Positions 46,900 through 60,190 are shown, numbered from the whole stretch's first letter. The stretch: DNA of 62,461 nt, filler included, from Sphacelaria rigidula (GCA_964200075.2; 11 parts of 11 records of this genome joined end to end with filler, not necessarily neighbours in it), one strand, 5' to 3'. Numbers and translations are program-made. The notes: generated by a model not told the origin, from the letters alone.

Positions 46900-48937
46900 T
46901 TCGTTCGTCTCCCGTCTAATCGCACGCTTCTGTGCCATGAGGTCATGAACCTCTCCGCTCCCTGCAGCACTCCCGCGTGCCGCAGCAACCCCCCCTAATT
47001 ATTTGCTGCTGAAGGCCATAAGATGCGGTTGTCGTCCGTAGAGCCGTCTGTGGCTCCGAAGTCGGGGAGATCGTCCCTCAGGCACTTCAGCTAGTTTTGT
47101 TCCGGATACCCTGGTCCTGGATTTTCCTCCCCGACTAGCGTTCCGAATGCTATTCGCTTCGGTAATCGTCTGGTCTGTTGTCTAGCCAGGGCTCCCGCGA
47201 ACAGCAGTCGTCGTTGCCGGACGATGGCTTCGGCACTTTGGCATCCGGTCTTCTTGAGAGCCTGTGCATACGACAGCTGTCAGTATGCGCCGCGCACTCG
47301 GCAGTACCCGATGACTCGCAGGAGGAGCCGGTAGTGCACCTTTCTCAGCAAGCCGTAGTGTTCGCGGTGCGGGGCCCACGTCATGCATCAGTATAGTAGG
47401 GCCCCGCTGCTTTCAGCAGTCAGACCTTGAGTCTCCATGGTGCTTTCGGTCGATCAAAGAGCTCCCGGGAGAACTTCTTGATGCATGCCCACGCTACTCT
47501 GCTCCGATTGTTAATTTCTTGCTTGAGTTCGCTCGAGTATCGGAAACTACTTTTCTGGGCGTACCCCTGGCCCGCTGCTTCGATGATCAGCGGTGGAGGA
47601 AATGGTGTTGGTGAATCCCCCTTCTTCGGTGCTTGCCTCGGTACTCGCATCAAGAGAGTCTCCGTCTTCTTCTCCGATACGATCAGTCCAAAGGCCCCAA
47701 ACACGTCCACTATGATGGTCATCATTCTTGCCAGTCCGTCGAGGGACCTCGAGATGACGCCGGCATCGTCGACATACAGCCCTCCCCACCCCGCTCTTCC
47801 TACACATTCCAGCGGTGTCTCCGCCCCCCTCCCCGTCTCCTCATCGAGATGTATCATGTCCTTGATGATGATATAATCTTCGCTGAATCGCACGAGGACC
47901 ATCTCGAGCACTGCCACGAAGAAGATATTGAACGGCAGGGGAGAGAGTACACATCCTTTTCGCAGTCCCTGTGTGACTTCAAACCACTCCGAGAGCTCCC
48001 CGTCGTCTATGCGTACGCGGGCCTGGATACCGTCGTGGAATTGACGGATAACTGCGAACATCTCATCCGGAATATCAGCTCGGGCCAGTCCCTGCCACAG
48101 ACGCTCTCGATCGACCGAGTCATGTACCTTCTGGAGGTCGACGAAGGACATGTACAGCGGTATTCTCCGCAGCCGTCCCAGCTCCTGGAGTCGGCGCACT
48201 ACGAACAGCATGTCGACAGTGGATCGGTCAGGTGGGAAGCCGCACTGTTCCTCCGGTAATATCTCGTGAGTTTCACAGTAGTCGCTGAGGCGGTTGGCCA
48301 CTATCTGCAGGAGCATTTTCCCTGTATGCGATACCCGAGAGATCCATCCTCCTGTAGTTATTGCAGTTGGACCGATCCGATTTCTTGTACAGCACATTGA
48401 TTTTTGCATGTTTTCACTCCTACGGGACCTCCTTTCCGCTCCACACCTCGACGAGAATGGTATGGAAGCGTTCGAGGACGATGGACTCGGCGCGGCCGTC
48501 GACCTTGAGTAGCTCCTCAGGAAGGGAGTTGTGTCCTGGCGCTTTCCAGTTGTGCATCCCCCCGACTGCTCGTCTGGTTTCCGGCAGTGTTTGTACTGCC
48601 CTAAGCGGTACTGAATCCTCGGTGGTTGACGCTGCCGGTCGCTGCTTCACCTCCTCGATGATGGCTGGGTTCAGCGTGGGCGATTTGGCGTTGAGCAGGG
48701 TGTGGAAGAATCTCGCCCACCGCTTAAGGATGGCAATTTTGTTCTTCAGTAGGACGCCGTTCTCATCCTTTATGGACTGTTGCCCCATGGATTGCCTTCC
48801 ACCAGGACCCACCGATTTCTTGAGGTGTTTGGTGCAGGCCTCTCATGTTGCGATCCTTGCAGATCGCTTCTCGTCTTGCCTCCAGATGTGCATGGATGCC
48901 GTCATCCATTGCTGTACGCACCTTCTCACACGCGGCT
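46900..48937 (-). pseudogene. LINE ORF, reverse transcriptase and C-terminus
   Basis: KAPG, EEQCGF...RSTVDMLF, FVDLQKVHDSVDR, GLRKGCVLSP..FN and LYVDD (usually YADD); several frameshifts. Confidence 0.92.
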
Positions 48938-50419
48938 CTAAGTGCTTTCCACGATGCTGGGGTCCGCTGATGCTTCATCAGTCGGCGTGCCTCCAGTCGT
49001 TTGGCGAGCCCTGCCTCCAGTGTTGCTCTCGTGCCGGGGTTTTACAGCATTCCGGCATACGTGGTATCCGTGCCTCTTCCGGGAGTACTGTCTGCGCTGC
49101 TTCGAGGACATCTTCGGTAAACTCCTTCGCGGCCGCCGGTGCGGTGGTGATTGGTTGGTATTTTGCTCGGTGAGGTTATGTAGGAACCTCTCGGTCACGT
49201 GCCACCTTGCCAGTTCGGTCTGCATCTGCTGTTGCCTGAATTGCCGCTGCTTCGACTTAGTACGTACTCGACGGTTGTAAGCAAGGCGCTTACTGAGGTC
49301 GACAGTGGCCACCACCATGTTGTGGTCCGAGTCCGCTTCAGCCGGGGGTGCGGGCTGGGGGTGTACGACTACACTACGCACTTTACATTGGTGTGCCTGC
49401 CGGGTAAGTATGTAGTCTATGCGCTTGAGGTCGCTCGTGTGATTCCCCGCAACACCGTTGTATGTGTGCGAGATTCCGCCTTTGCGCGTGCTGAAGAAGG
49501 TGTTCGTGATGGCGAGTTTGTTGTCGGTTGCGAAATTTAGTAGAATTTTGCCGTTACCGTTCAGCTCATCACATCCATAGGCGCCTAGGACCTCTTTGTC
49601 CTCTAAGCCCTCTCGTACTTCGCCCCTCGTCCGCGCGTTGGCGTCCATCAATACATACACACATTCCTTCGACGGGATTCGCTGTACGAGATCGTCAAAC
49701 CCATCCCAGAACGCTTGTTTCGTTTCGTTTTTGGCGACTTCAGTTGGTGCATACGCAGCTTTGAAATTGATCGCTCTGCTCTGTCTCGATATTTCAAACC
49801 GCATTGCCATGAGGCGCTCGTCAACGTACGCAGCGGTATAGGTGGTGTTATTGCAAATCGACTCTTTCACGGCTATTCCCACACCGTGTTGCCCACCCGA
49901 CTCGCTCCCACAGTAGAAGACTCTGAACCCTGTTGCTGTATAGTCTGCTCGCCCCGCCCTCCGTGTCTCCTGCAGTCCTACCACCGAGATGTTAGGTCTC
50001 GCAGCCTCGTACAAGACGCTGTAGCCTCGCCCCCATCCGTTGGCTCCTTCCACAGCTAGAGTTCTGATATTGTAAGTGGCTACCTTAGCAAGTTGACTCC
50101 GCTGTCTCGCCCGGGCAACTCGTGCTGCTTTCCTAGCAAGCCTCCGCCTCGCCCTGCCCCTCCTCCTCTTTTTTCTGCTCTCGTTTATTTGTTTCATTTT
50201 TATCGCGTTTTGGACTCTATGGCGCTTGCTAGCCCGGTTCTCGTCTTTTATCACACGCAGGTGCAACTCTCCTGCTCTGTCCGACTCTACTCCTTCCTCG
50301 CTCCTGGCGTGCGTACCCACGCGATGCGCAGCCTCTCCATTCCTGTCTAGGCTATCCCTATTGCGGTATCCGCTCCTGCATAGCCCCGGTGTCCAGACCG
50401 GTGTTTTAGCATACGCCAC
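48938..50419 (-). pseudogene. LINE ORF, APE endonuclease domain
   Basis: VATYNIRTL, VVGLQETRR, GVGIAV, AYAPT, MDANA, ITNTFF, RIDYIL and SDH motifs; frame breaks downstream. Confidence 0.92.
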
Positions 50420-50870
50420 TCTCGTGATCGTGGTGCCTCTTATCTTCCTAAATTAGCCCCCCCGTCGACACGGGGCTCGGGCTCGTATCTCCGCCGTCGT
50501 TGGATGATCTTTAGACGGTTATCTAAGATCACAGGCGGACTTCTGCCCACCCCAGTACGGGCAGCCGGGGGAAGGGGGTGGTACCTGAACATTCTCGTGC
50601 GATACGAGTTACGCTGTGTCTCACCGCCCCTGTATCTCCTATCGCCCCAAACTCAGAGTCCACGTCGACACGATGCTCGCGCTCGTGTCCCCTGCCTTTC
50701 CCTGTTCCACCTTCGTTGGTTTGGTGATCTTTGTGTGTGGTCTCGAATCACTGGCGGATCTCGGCCCACCCCAGCAGGGGGCAGGCCAGGAGGAAGGGAA
50801 GAGCAAGGACATACTGTCTGGCATAGTTCCAGACCAAATACAAGCGCAACGCGAGTGAGTTAGGTCGTCT

Positions 50871-51017
50871 TGTAATGCGTGAGAGGATCGCGGGCTTAGG
50901 AGAACGCATTGTAGTTCGAAACATCTCAGGATCGACGTTTTCCAAAACCAATCGGGCCAGTCCCTTCAGGGACCACGCCCCTGACCCTCACCCCAACACT
51001 ACACTTAACCCTAACCT
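50871..51017 (-). mobile_element. MITE family T, truncated copy
   Basis: One TIR TGTAATGCGTGAGAGGATCGCG...; reverse homologue of the family body, ending in CTTAACCCTAACC. Confidence 0.85.
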
Positions 51018-51087
51018 ATAGCCTCTGCCAGACGATCTGGACAAGAGGGCTATTCAGTGAGGGACTTCTCCAGAATCCACTGGCCTC

Positions 51088-51187
51088 NNNNNNNNNNNNN
51101 NNNNNNNNNNNNNNNNNNNNNNNNNNNNNNNTTAATTAATTAANNNNNNNNNNNNNNNNNNNNNNNNNNNNNNNNNNNNNNNNNNNN
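51088..51187. other. Artificial contig linker 9
   Basis: Same 100-bp spacer. Confidence 0.98.
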
Positions 51188-51769
51188 GGCCAAAGGCCAA
51201 CTGACTAAACCAAGCAAAAAACCGGTACCCCCCCCCCCCCCCGACAAACTCCAGAAGTTGAAAAAAGGGGCACAGGGTCTTGGATTGTTCCGGGCACTCT
51301 CGGATGACATCCAAATTCCATTCAAAGCGGTGAGCGAGTCGAAAACTATTCATCTATAATATGCAGCAGCAGACTCCCCGTGAGGGGAGGAAGAGGCAAA
51401 CAACTCAAGGCAGGCAGCACGCGGGGATAAGAGCGCACAATGATTCACGTCCGGACCCACAAGCACGCATGCAGTTGAAGTGCAAGCCATGGTGCACTTT
51501 GTATTTCGTGGTCGCGAATCACCGTTTGTTTGCTATTTTTGATTCCACTTGTGCTATGAAACGACAAACCTGGCATATATCCGCAATATTTCTTTGAGGT
51601 GTACGACGTAATGACTACGAGTACTGTACTCTACTGTCTGTACCTGTACTGTTGTAGGGTGCAGACCCCAATCCTACTGTCATTTTGTTCGTAATCCTGT
51701 AAGCATCTTCGTTATGAACTCACCATACTAAAAATGGTATAAGCATAGCCGGTAACGGCAAACTTCAAA

Positions 51770-51870
51770 TAAACTGGATAAACTGGAGTCCTTCTCACCA
51801 GTTCCAGTTAAACTCCAGTTCCAGTTAAACTCCAGTTCCAGTTTAACTGCCACCACAAACTGGTCCAGTT
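51770..51870. repeat. AACTGGA/TCCAGTT short direct and inverted repeat cluster
   Basis: AAACTGGATAAACTGGA ... (CCAGTTCCAGTTAAACT)x2-3 ... AAACTGGTCCAGTT. Confidence 0.8.
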
Positions 51871-53029
51871 CACAGCCCTAAAAAATTCAACAGCATAACC
51901 GCGTTTCTTTTTTTCGTGGCTGGCTCATCTCCACATAGGAACCAGTCTTGGTCACGAACACGCGATTTTACAGATGAGTTTCAGGTCGTCTTCAATGAAA
52001 TTTTGACACGATGTACATGATTTATGTGCGAAGACGCCACCTTTTCCCCTCTACATTTTTTTTCTCCTGTGAGTTATCGGCGACCAAACATTACAGAACA
52101 GTTGTTTCGGAACAAAATCGTGAATAACTTCAAATATATATATATATGGGGGAAAAGGTGGAGTCTTGGCACATACATCCTGTACATAGTGTCAAAATTT
52201 CATAGAAAACAACCTGAAACTCAGCTGTTGAATCGCGTGTTCACATCCCTATCCGCGTCTTAGGCGACCCAGCCCATATCTATCGTCTATCGTCGCGAGA
52301 TACCGATGAGTACTGTTGTTGTACAGATGATTTTTTTTTTGGAATGTGGGGGGGATACCGGTCCCTTCAGATTCCAATCTCTTCTCGCCTTCATCGATGT
52401 GAGTCATGCCGCGCATTTTTTCCCCCCACGAGGCCTGCGGCACAGTGGACAGTACAGGCAGCAGATGATTTCCTCATCGCTGCCGCTCGTGAATGCCAAC
52501 ACGCTGGGTCACCATAGAGAGCTCAATGCTAGCAGTGCTCACGCAAATATGTGCACGATGTATGTGTACATGTTGACAGGTCAACCAATAGCTGGGAACG
52601 GAAACCTGGAACAGCTGAACGTAAGTACTGTACGAGCTTGGCCAGTCGTGAAACGTAGAAGCCCTGGGCACACAACAATAACTCTTGCGGTTTCCCCTGT
52701 AAACCCGATGTAAGCATACGCAGCTGTGATCTGCGGTCCAACCTGGGCATGCACGGCTCCGCCGCAGTTCGATTGGCGCAGTTTTGGCGATGACGTAACT
52801 GTACTGCATTTAGTGCCGGGTGCGTCTCATTTCGTGGCGTGACAGCTTGTTGTGAGTTTTTTTACAGGCTGGTTCACGTCTAATACCCAAAAAACACTCA
52901 TCGGCAATACCTGACGCCGTTTTAAGGAGTTCTTAGACCCAGAAAATTTGCACAGATGTTCTATGGGGCATTACGCAAGATTCGAAGGTCGAGGTTTTCT
53001 CTTACTTTTTCACTTTTTTCACCGTTTTT

Positions 53030-53600
53030 CGGGAGTCCCACTTTTGTAGGGGAAACATCGATTCAATCGGACCCCCGTAAAACGATACAAAAATAAGGCC
53101 TAGAAAAATCTCGTTTTTCCAAAGTTGCGTTACGACCCATAGCATAGTTGTGCAAAATTTCGGGGCCTAACTCCTGAAATCGGCGTGAGAGTTTTCGCTT
53201 CTGGCCGCGGTGAAACCGCAAACTCTTGGTTTTACTAGGAGAAACGGCGTTTTTGGGGCTTCATTGACGTGAACATGAAAATTCAAGCATCAGTTGATCG
53301 AGTTTTGCGACGAAATTTTGTGGGGTCCTCCCTTGGGTTATGCCGCGACAGCTCGTTCGCGAAAAAGTAATCGCAGTGCCGGTTTTCCGGGGTCCCAGAA
53401 TGGAGACTACTGCGAAAAACGACTTTGATCCCGTCGGACCCCCGAAAAACCGTGAGGAACTCCAGAAGTAAGAAAACCTCGTGCATGGGAAGTTGCGTAA
53501 TGACACATTGCATATTTGTGCAAAGTATCAGGGTCTAGTCTAACTCCTAATAACGGCGTGAATGTTTGCGCGTTTGTGGAGGACGTGGGCTTGACACGTG
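53030..53600. repeat. About 370-bp diverged direct repeat x2
   Basis: CGGACCCCCG.AAAAC and AAGTTGCGT.A.GAC.CAT.GCATA.TTGTGCAAA...CTAACTCCT...CGGCGTGA each occur twice. Confidence 0.75.
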
Positions 53601-54544
53601 CAACTCCTAACTACTTGGTTTTAGTATTTAAACGTCTTTATCGGCGAATTTCACATTAAGTCAAGGAAAACTGTATGAGGTTTTCGAATTTCTCCACCAA
53701 AATTTGTACATGTGTTCCTTGGATTACCTCCGGGACGCGTCATTTCATTACTTTTCTTTTCGGTATTCTGTACCGCCTTTCGGGGGTCTTGATACTGGGA
53801 CCCCCGAAAGCTGGTGGAGAACGGAGAAACTATAAAATATTGTCAAAAGTGCAATGTTTCTATTTTGAGCATCAATACCTACGGAACGGCCAAGTATGAG
53901 GGCAATCTGAGCTTTTCTACAACAGATATAGGGGACACCGTCACGATGCTCCCCGAGTCTTTCGTGCGTATCGTGAATGGAACTTGGACGACGCCAACAC
54001 CCGACATCACCGAAACATCACGGTTTCGGGTATAGTTTTACCCCCGTAGAAGCCATTTTAAAATATATTTTCTTTCCGTTAGATTCCCGAGCCGATGACG
54101 GTTACTACAATTAGGAGCATGTGGAGATTGGGTGAAAATTGGGCTTGGAACTCGTAATTTCGATCTCGGAATAATTTGATGGGCGCTGATTGGTCGATTT
54201 ACCTTGTCGCCCTTGGCCCTACCACTTTGGCATTACGCACATAATCCTGCTATGTCACGCTCTTCAGTTGTCCATGGCGGTCAGTATAATATCATGTATG
54301 CGACTATTGGGTAGGTATTACGAAAGGCATTTGCTGATGACACAACTTTGGGTGATGAGCATGAACCAGCCTGTACTTCACCTAGAACGCGGCGGAACTA
54401 GGTATGACAACGTTGACACGCACTTCAAAAGTGCACTGGTAATGCTACGAGATCACATCAAGCTCGTCAGCGGCTCCATCATGGGAGACGACCGCCGAGC
54501 CGATGGTCACATGCGATAAGATTAGACACGAGTATCCAGGGGCG

Positions 54545-54779
54545 ATGCTATACGATAGGAGGGTGGTGTTTGATTGCACGAAAAGTAGGGACTCACAGGT
54601 GTGCGAGACGACTTAACCACTCGCGGCCCGTATGCATTTGAGTGAAAACGGTTGCAAGGAGTTGAACAAGCGTCTCATTGGTAACAAGCAGAACAAACGT
54701 TGCTGTCTCCAGCAACGATTTGAGGTGGAATTTGGTGGAAGGAATGGCCCAAATACCCCCCACCCCCCCATCGTAGCAG
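54545..54779 (+). mobile_element. MITE family B, diverged copy
   Basis: ATGCTATACGATAGGAGGG...TTGCACGAAAA ... AATGGCCCAAATACCCCCCACCCCCCATCGTAGCA; collinear with 23097-23352. Confidence 0.75.
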
Positions 54780-55270
54780 TACAGATGGAAGCAGCTAAGA
54801 AAATATTTGGATGCTCGAAAACGACGAATCATACAGCTTTGAGAGCAGAGTTGGGAATGTACTCACTTAAAACAAAGAGACAGGAGGAAATTGCGATGGC
54901 AATATAGCTCAAAGAACATGCAGAGGAAGAGATTGCCAGCTGTAGTTGATAGGGCTGTATGGAAGAAAAGTACAATAGCGAAGGCTGGAGTAAGGTGGGA
55001 AAAAGAAGTCGAGAAAATATAGAAGGAGATAAGAGGAAACCAAGACGACATGCTGTTCATAGATGAAGACGCGGGGTACAAGACAAAAGCAAGAGACATG
55101 ATAGAAATAAGGGGAAAAGGAGCGCTCAGAAGCAAAGTAGACGAGGAAGAACACCTGGAGATACACGGGTGGTTGAGAGAGGGGATCAGCATGAAAGCAT
55201 ACTTGCATGGCCCAATCGACGCTGCGAAAGGTATGAAATTGCCATTTCGGGTGGGGGACCTGGGACGGGG
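54780..55270 (+). mobile_element. Non-LTR retrotransposon 3' fragment (post-RT region, RTEX-like)
   Basis: QMEAAKKIFGCSKTTNHTALRAELGMYSLKT..., LRWQY...KRLP and MKAYLHGP...KL.FRVGDL; clade assignment is inference. Confidence 0.65.
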
Positions 55271-55348
55271 ATAAGATATGTAAACGTTTTTTGTGTAATA
55301 TATGGAAGAAACGTGATGAGCGCCGGAATGTTAAGGTGGTTCTATGTG

Positions 55349-55566
55349 GAGTAGGAACGGTGCTCCGTCTCGAAAGGGATGCGTGGTCATGGTCAAACGA
55401 CTAAGGCAAGCAACAGATGAGTACGCCCCCCCCCCACATCGTAGCCTGGTCCGGCGAAAACCCGGCGTGGTCCGTCCCGGCTTTGTAGGGATGCGAGGTC
55501 AATGGTCTGTTGACTAGGGCATGCATGATCACGAGTACACCCCCTCCCCCCATCGTAGCATCACTG
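55349..55566 (-). mobile_element. Two head-to-tail repeat family C heads
   Basis: Each ends in GAGTAC(G/A)CCCCC...CATCGTAGC on the plus strand. Confidence 0.8.
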
Positions 55567-56070
55567 CCAACTCGAACTAGGCTGAAACGCTTGTCCTCGA
55601 TCCAATCCGCAGTGGTGATTTTTTTTTTCACAGTTTGAAAAGAGAATAAATGGTGACGACGGTGATTTTCTGCAACTAGATGTCTACGGAAGCGGGAAAG
55701 TGTTCTAGATAGACGTTGAAGAAAAGCCCAACCCACACCGAGGCGAGGAAGACCAGATTTGCACATTTGGGGAAAGGAAGCTTGCGCGAAATTACCGAAA
55801 TCCATGTCAACTGAAACAAGAATGCTGTGGATAACAAAAACCACAGTCCGGACAAATCAAATCGTGATTCAACTCGTGTTCATCATTTGAACGAATAAAC
55901 CCTGCGATTCGTACATAATTTGTGATTTGTCCATGTTTTGAGTTCGTGATTCGTACGACACAAATTGAAGTGTACACATCCCGAGTGTGGGATTCGTGCG
56001 GTACGCCGGGGAAGGTACGTGTTTCCTACCTTCCTTTCATACGGGGTAAATCATGGGTACGCAATTTTCT

Positions 56071-56323
56071 CCTTCAGTTCATGTGGAACGCATCATGTCT
56101 ACATGCTGCCAAACGCTTGGTTCATTCGGCATGAATGGCATGTACATCTGACCGCCCTTGAGTTCATGCGGGATGAATCATGTGTACATGCCGCCCAACG
56201 CTTAGTTCATTCGGCATGAAATCGCATGTACATCTGCCTGCCCTTGAGCTCATGCGGGACGAATCATGTGTACATGCCGCCCAACGCTTAGTTAAATCGG
56301 CACGAAATCGCATGTACATCTGC
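56071..56323. repeat. 85-86-bp tandem repeat x3
   Basis: CCTTGAGTTCATGCGGGATGAATCATGTGTACATGCCGCCCAACGCTTAGTTCATTCGGCATGAAATCGCATGTACATCTG. Confidence 0.92.
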
Positions 56324-56468
56324 TCTGGGGTGTCCCCACCCCTGGAGTATCCCGGTGTGGAGGACACCAGGAAGTATTTGCGGGGAAAGGAGGGGGGGGG
56401 GACGCAAACTTGTATCGCACTTCAAGTTGTGTGATTTGAGGTGTGTTTTTGGAACATCCATTATCGAT

Positions 56469-56725
56469 ACCCGTCGCCCCGGTGGCTTGATTGGTAACCT
56501 CGAAACCTTCTGATTGATGGGTCGTGGGTTCGAATCTCGGAGCATTCTGGGGATTTTTTCTTACACAATCCCCAACGGTGGAGAGCGACTGTGTCGCGGG
56601 TACACATGATTCGACTTGATGGTCAACGAGGGACAGGGGTTCCTGAACTCATCTCGCGAAAACAAATGAAGGCAAGCACCGCAGAAAAAAAGTGGAGACT
56701 TACTATTATTATTATCATTATATTC
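56469..56725 (+). mobile_element. tRNA-derived SINE, 3'-shortened copy with (ATT)n tail
   Basis: TGGCTTGATTGG box A-like and GGTTCGAATC box B; body homologous to 2412-2640. Confidence 0.85.
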
Positions 56726-56774
56726 ATCACATTAGCTCGATCTCTCGAACCCGTGGTCACAGAGTGCAAGGAGC

Positions 56775-56874
56775 NNNNNNNNNNNNNNNNNNNNNNNNNN
56801 NNNNNNNNNNNNNNNNNNTTAATTAATTAANNNNNNNNNNNNNNNNNNNNNNNNNNNNNNNNNNNNNNNNNNNN
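56775..56874. other. Artificial contig linker 10
   Basis: Same 100-bp spacer. Confidence 0.98.
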
Positions 56875-58829
56875 GTCATCGACACGCGTGTACACCGCAT
56901 TTCGTTGGGTGCACGTAGCCAGAGTTGCTTAACCCTTGGACCGCGGTGCCCGTAGTCCATCTGGACCACGCGTGTACTTTTTCCAAGTGAGTATTGATGC
57001 CGATTCAGCAGGTGATCTACTCTCGCGGTCTATCGGGTAGCACCTCCTGCGGAGTTTGGAGGGGGAAGATACTTTCGCTCTGTGTTACTCTTCCATATCT
57101 TCCCCGCAATGGAGAAATGCGACTTCAGCCCCATTTTAGTGTTGAACCCCAAAATTTAGAGTCGGCTGTGTTTGGAGGCAAAGAAGTTATAGCATGATTT
57201 TCCTACTGACGCTTTATTTGATGAGTCGAGGCGGGATCGTGATGCCATACGACGGTACATTTACCATGGTGAACATTTTCCCCTTTGCATGGTACCACTT
57301 TTGGCAGAGACCGCAAGCGCGAACATAGCGGTATGTTTTAGGTGGTATCGCAACACGGCGGGCGACTTATCAGCGGTACACAGATGTTTTTCAGTGTGAC
57401 GTTAACGTGAGCGGTAAACGCAAACGTGGCGGTCATTTTGCGATGGTAAGCGGTTTTCAACGTTCGACGGTACCATAAGTAGCAAAGGAAATTCCGCGGG
57501 TGTGTTGGGTTGGGTAAATACCCGGGTATTCCCTGTCCCGACGTTTGTGTTGCGATGGTGCGTTCTCCAAACCTTTTCTAACGTCTGCATTTGCCAATAT
57601 TCGTATGGGGTAAAGTAAGGTACGATCGTTATACTCTGCCCAATATCTGCGTTGCTGAGTACGATCTCATGAGTCTACCTGAGGTTTGGGAACTTGTATT
57701 ATGATTTCTTTTTTAATACCCAAATGCAGTAAAAATCGTCAAAACTACAAAACCACAACAGCACCACCTTCCAAGCTATGTGCAGGAACACACGCACAAT
57801 ATGCAGCCCAAGACAATCGGAGTATCGCCATTAGCTATGGTGAAATAAAACAACCAAGTACTTTACCACGAACGACAACCCTTCAACAATCTCCTTACCC
57901 GCCCCAACCGAAATATTCCACGCCGTTCGTAGAAAGTCAACCGTCGAATCAACACTGCAGATTGACGCACAACACAAACCGAAACACGAAAAGTGTAGGT
58001 ACGTATTGCAACCGGGAATGAAAGTGCACGTTGGCACTCAAAGACAAAGGAAAACGCTCCCGGAGATGAAAACATGACAGTAAAAAATGCCGTCATTACT
58101 TCACAGAAAGAGAAGAAGCAAGGGTGAAAAAAAAGTACATTGGGCATTGGTCAGCACATAACACTGAGCATTGGTCAGCCAAATAAGAAGCCATTCTTCG
58201 GCTACAACAAAACAAAAAGCTTTTTCCGTTGAAGCCTACGAAACACAGTCCTGAACGAAGCAGAGGGGAGCAACGACATCCACATCTTGAGACACAACGA
58301 GGGGTGAGGGGTAGGGGATAGGGGGTCTGACCTCGCAGAGGTGGGGTTCTGGAACAAAAACGCTTCAAGGCAGGAGAATTGGCTTGCTGAGTCCGCTCAT
58401 CACAGCAGAAATGAAAAACTGAAAGAGCGCCTTTCTGGAGCCTCGACGTCGTTTTGCGCTCGAAGAGAGAGCTAGGCGGAATTTTACACCTTGAAGTGCG
58501 TTGCTATACTCGTTGAGACAGTGTTGGGACACCTCTGCGTTTTTCCAGTGGCCGCAGCTTGTGTCTTGCCTAACCTTGCATTTTTCTCGGCGACTAGCGA
58601 TATTCCACAAAAGGCTCTTTCTCTAGTTTTTTTCGGCCGTTTTACGGCCTCAAGACATAGCTTGGTGGAGCTCGACACTGGTTGACTTGCTCTACATAAC
58701 AGGTGATTCTATAAAATGAGGTTCATCAATACAATGAGGTTTGAAGACCCTAGCCGTTGAATATCAAAAAGCCCTCAAGAGTACCGCACGACGCTGCTGA
58801 TGTGTAAATTTGGGGAGGAGTAGGAAGTA

Positions 58830-59500
58830 AACCATCCTGTTAAGCTCTATCCCAAATCTGTCACACCTATCCTTATCTCCCACCGCAAAGATATCGTCTA
58901 CGTATACCACGATGGTGATTGTCACCTCACTATTCTCCATCAGTCGAAACACACATGAGTCCGCTAAGCATTGATCAAATCCCAGAGCTCTCAAACACTT
59001 TGCCAAGTGGTTGTGCCATTGCCTACTTGCCTGTTTTAACCCGTAGAGTGAACGATTGATTCTTACTATCTTGCCGGACAAACTACCACAACCAGGCGGC
59101 AAGAGCATGAACACGTTTTCTTCCAACTCGGACTGTACAAAAGCCTGTTCAATGTCAAAATGACGCAATGCAAGATTCTGCTCACAAGCCATAGCTGCCA
59201 ACAAACGCACACTCGAAACAGCTACGGTGAGAGAATACGGTTCTCCAAAATCTATCTCCGATCTCTGCATATCCCCTCTTGCTACCAATCTAGACTTCAT
59301 CTTCGTGGGCCAGCCAAACTCATCTGCCTTCCAATCATATACCCACTTTGCGTGAATATAGTTTTCAACTGACTGCTACTCGGCTGCATCTATAGTCCCC
59401 GCATCCTTCAAGCCTGCAAATCCACGGTCCATTGAATCCTCCCAAAGATCGCCATACTTGGAGTTCACCGCTTCCTTGTAACGCTTGGGGACTTGCAACT
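58830..59500 (-). pseudogene. copia reverse transcriptase (partial)
   Basis: KSRLVARG, HFDIEQAFVQSEL, SLYGLKQASRQW, YVDDI. Confidence 0.95.
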
Positions 59501-60190
59501 CCTTCGCCGGGCACTGCGGGAGCTCAGGCGGGTTGTACGGTGGACGTTCGTCACGCATAGCGATCTCGATGTCTTCCCTCGTGGCCAGCCTCCCAGCATC
59601 GCGCATTGATATACCTTCTCGCCTCCCCGATCCGACACCCTTGTGTTGCCTCCCTGCATCCACAACGCCACGCGTGGAGCAGACAGCAGAGATTGCTTGT
59701 TCATCTGCGTCATCAGTCCCATGTTGTGGTGCATGAGAGCTGTCTTGTTGGAGTTTCCCGCGCTGTACTGCGCGGTCCTCCAACGCGTGCGTCCAGGCTG
59801 CCGGGGATCGTCCTCCAGGCCCAATTCCTTCATAACCCTCAAAGGCACAGGCGATGGTGCCGAGGGAATCGGCGAGGGCCCCGGAGTGTCGGTGAAAATC
59901 GGGGACGAAGTCGGTGTCGACGGCGGCGGCAGTGGCGGCGGCGATTGCTGGGGAGTCGAAGGTGTCGAGGACGACGGCTGCTGCGGCGGCGACTGCTGAT
60001 AGCTCGAAGGCGTTGGCATCGGGAGCTGCTGGATACTCGGTTGCGACGGCGACGGCGGTTGCTGAATCTCTCCTACGATTGAGGAAGGGAGCACCGGCGG
60101 CTGAGGCGGTGCGTCAATGGCAATCGCACCTTCCCCTCCCCTTCCGGCGAGTGGCGTCGCGGCCGATTGCAGGGGTGCACGCGGGACAGT

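Larger units (their letters stand above)
46480..50860 (-). mobile_element. RTE-clade non-LTR retrotransposon (LINE), near full length, frameshifted
   Basis: Single-ORF APE + RT layout; UTR limits approximate. Confidence 0.9.

Noticed and set aside
48361..49173. 270-aa plus-strand ORF and similar antisense ORFs over the LINE
   Set aside because: Shadows of the GC-rich LINE ORF on the opposite strand.
51018..51087. HDV-like ribozyme upstream of the LINE
   Set aside because: Folds as a simple hairpin; the nested double pseudoknot and catalytic C context could not be assigned, and the contig ends here.
56071..56323. CRISPR array (also considered for 7098-7205 and 61520-62053)
   Set aside because: Head-to-tail repeats without unique spacers, no cas genes, eukaryotic context.
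59465..60094. Pro/Ser/Gln-rich host protein
   Set aside because: Lies between copia integrase and RT on the same strand; it is the IN-RT linker.
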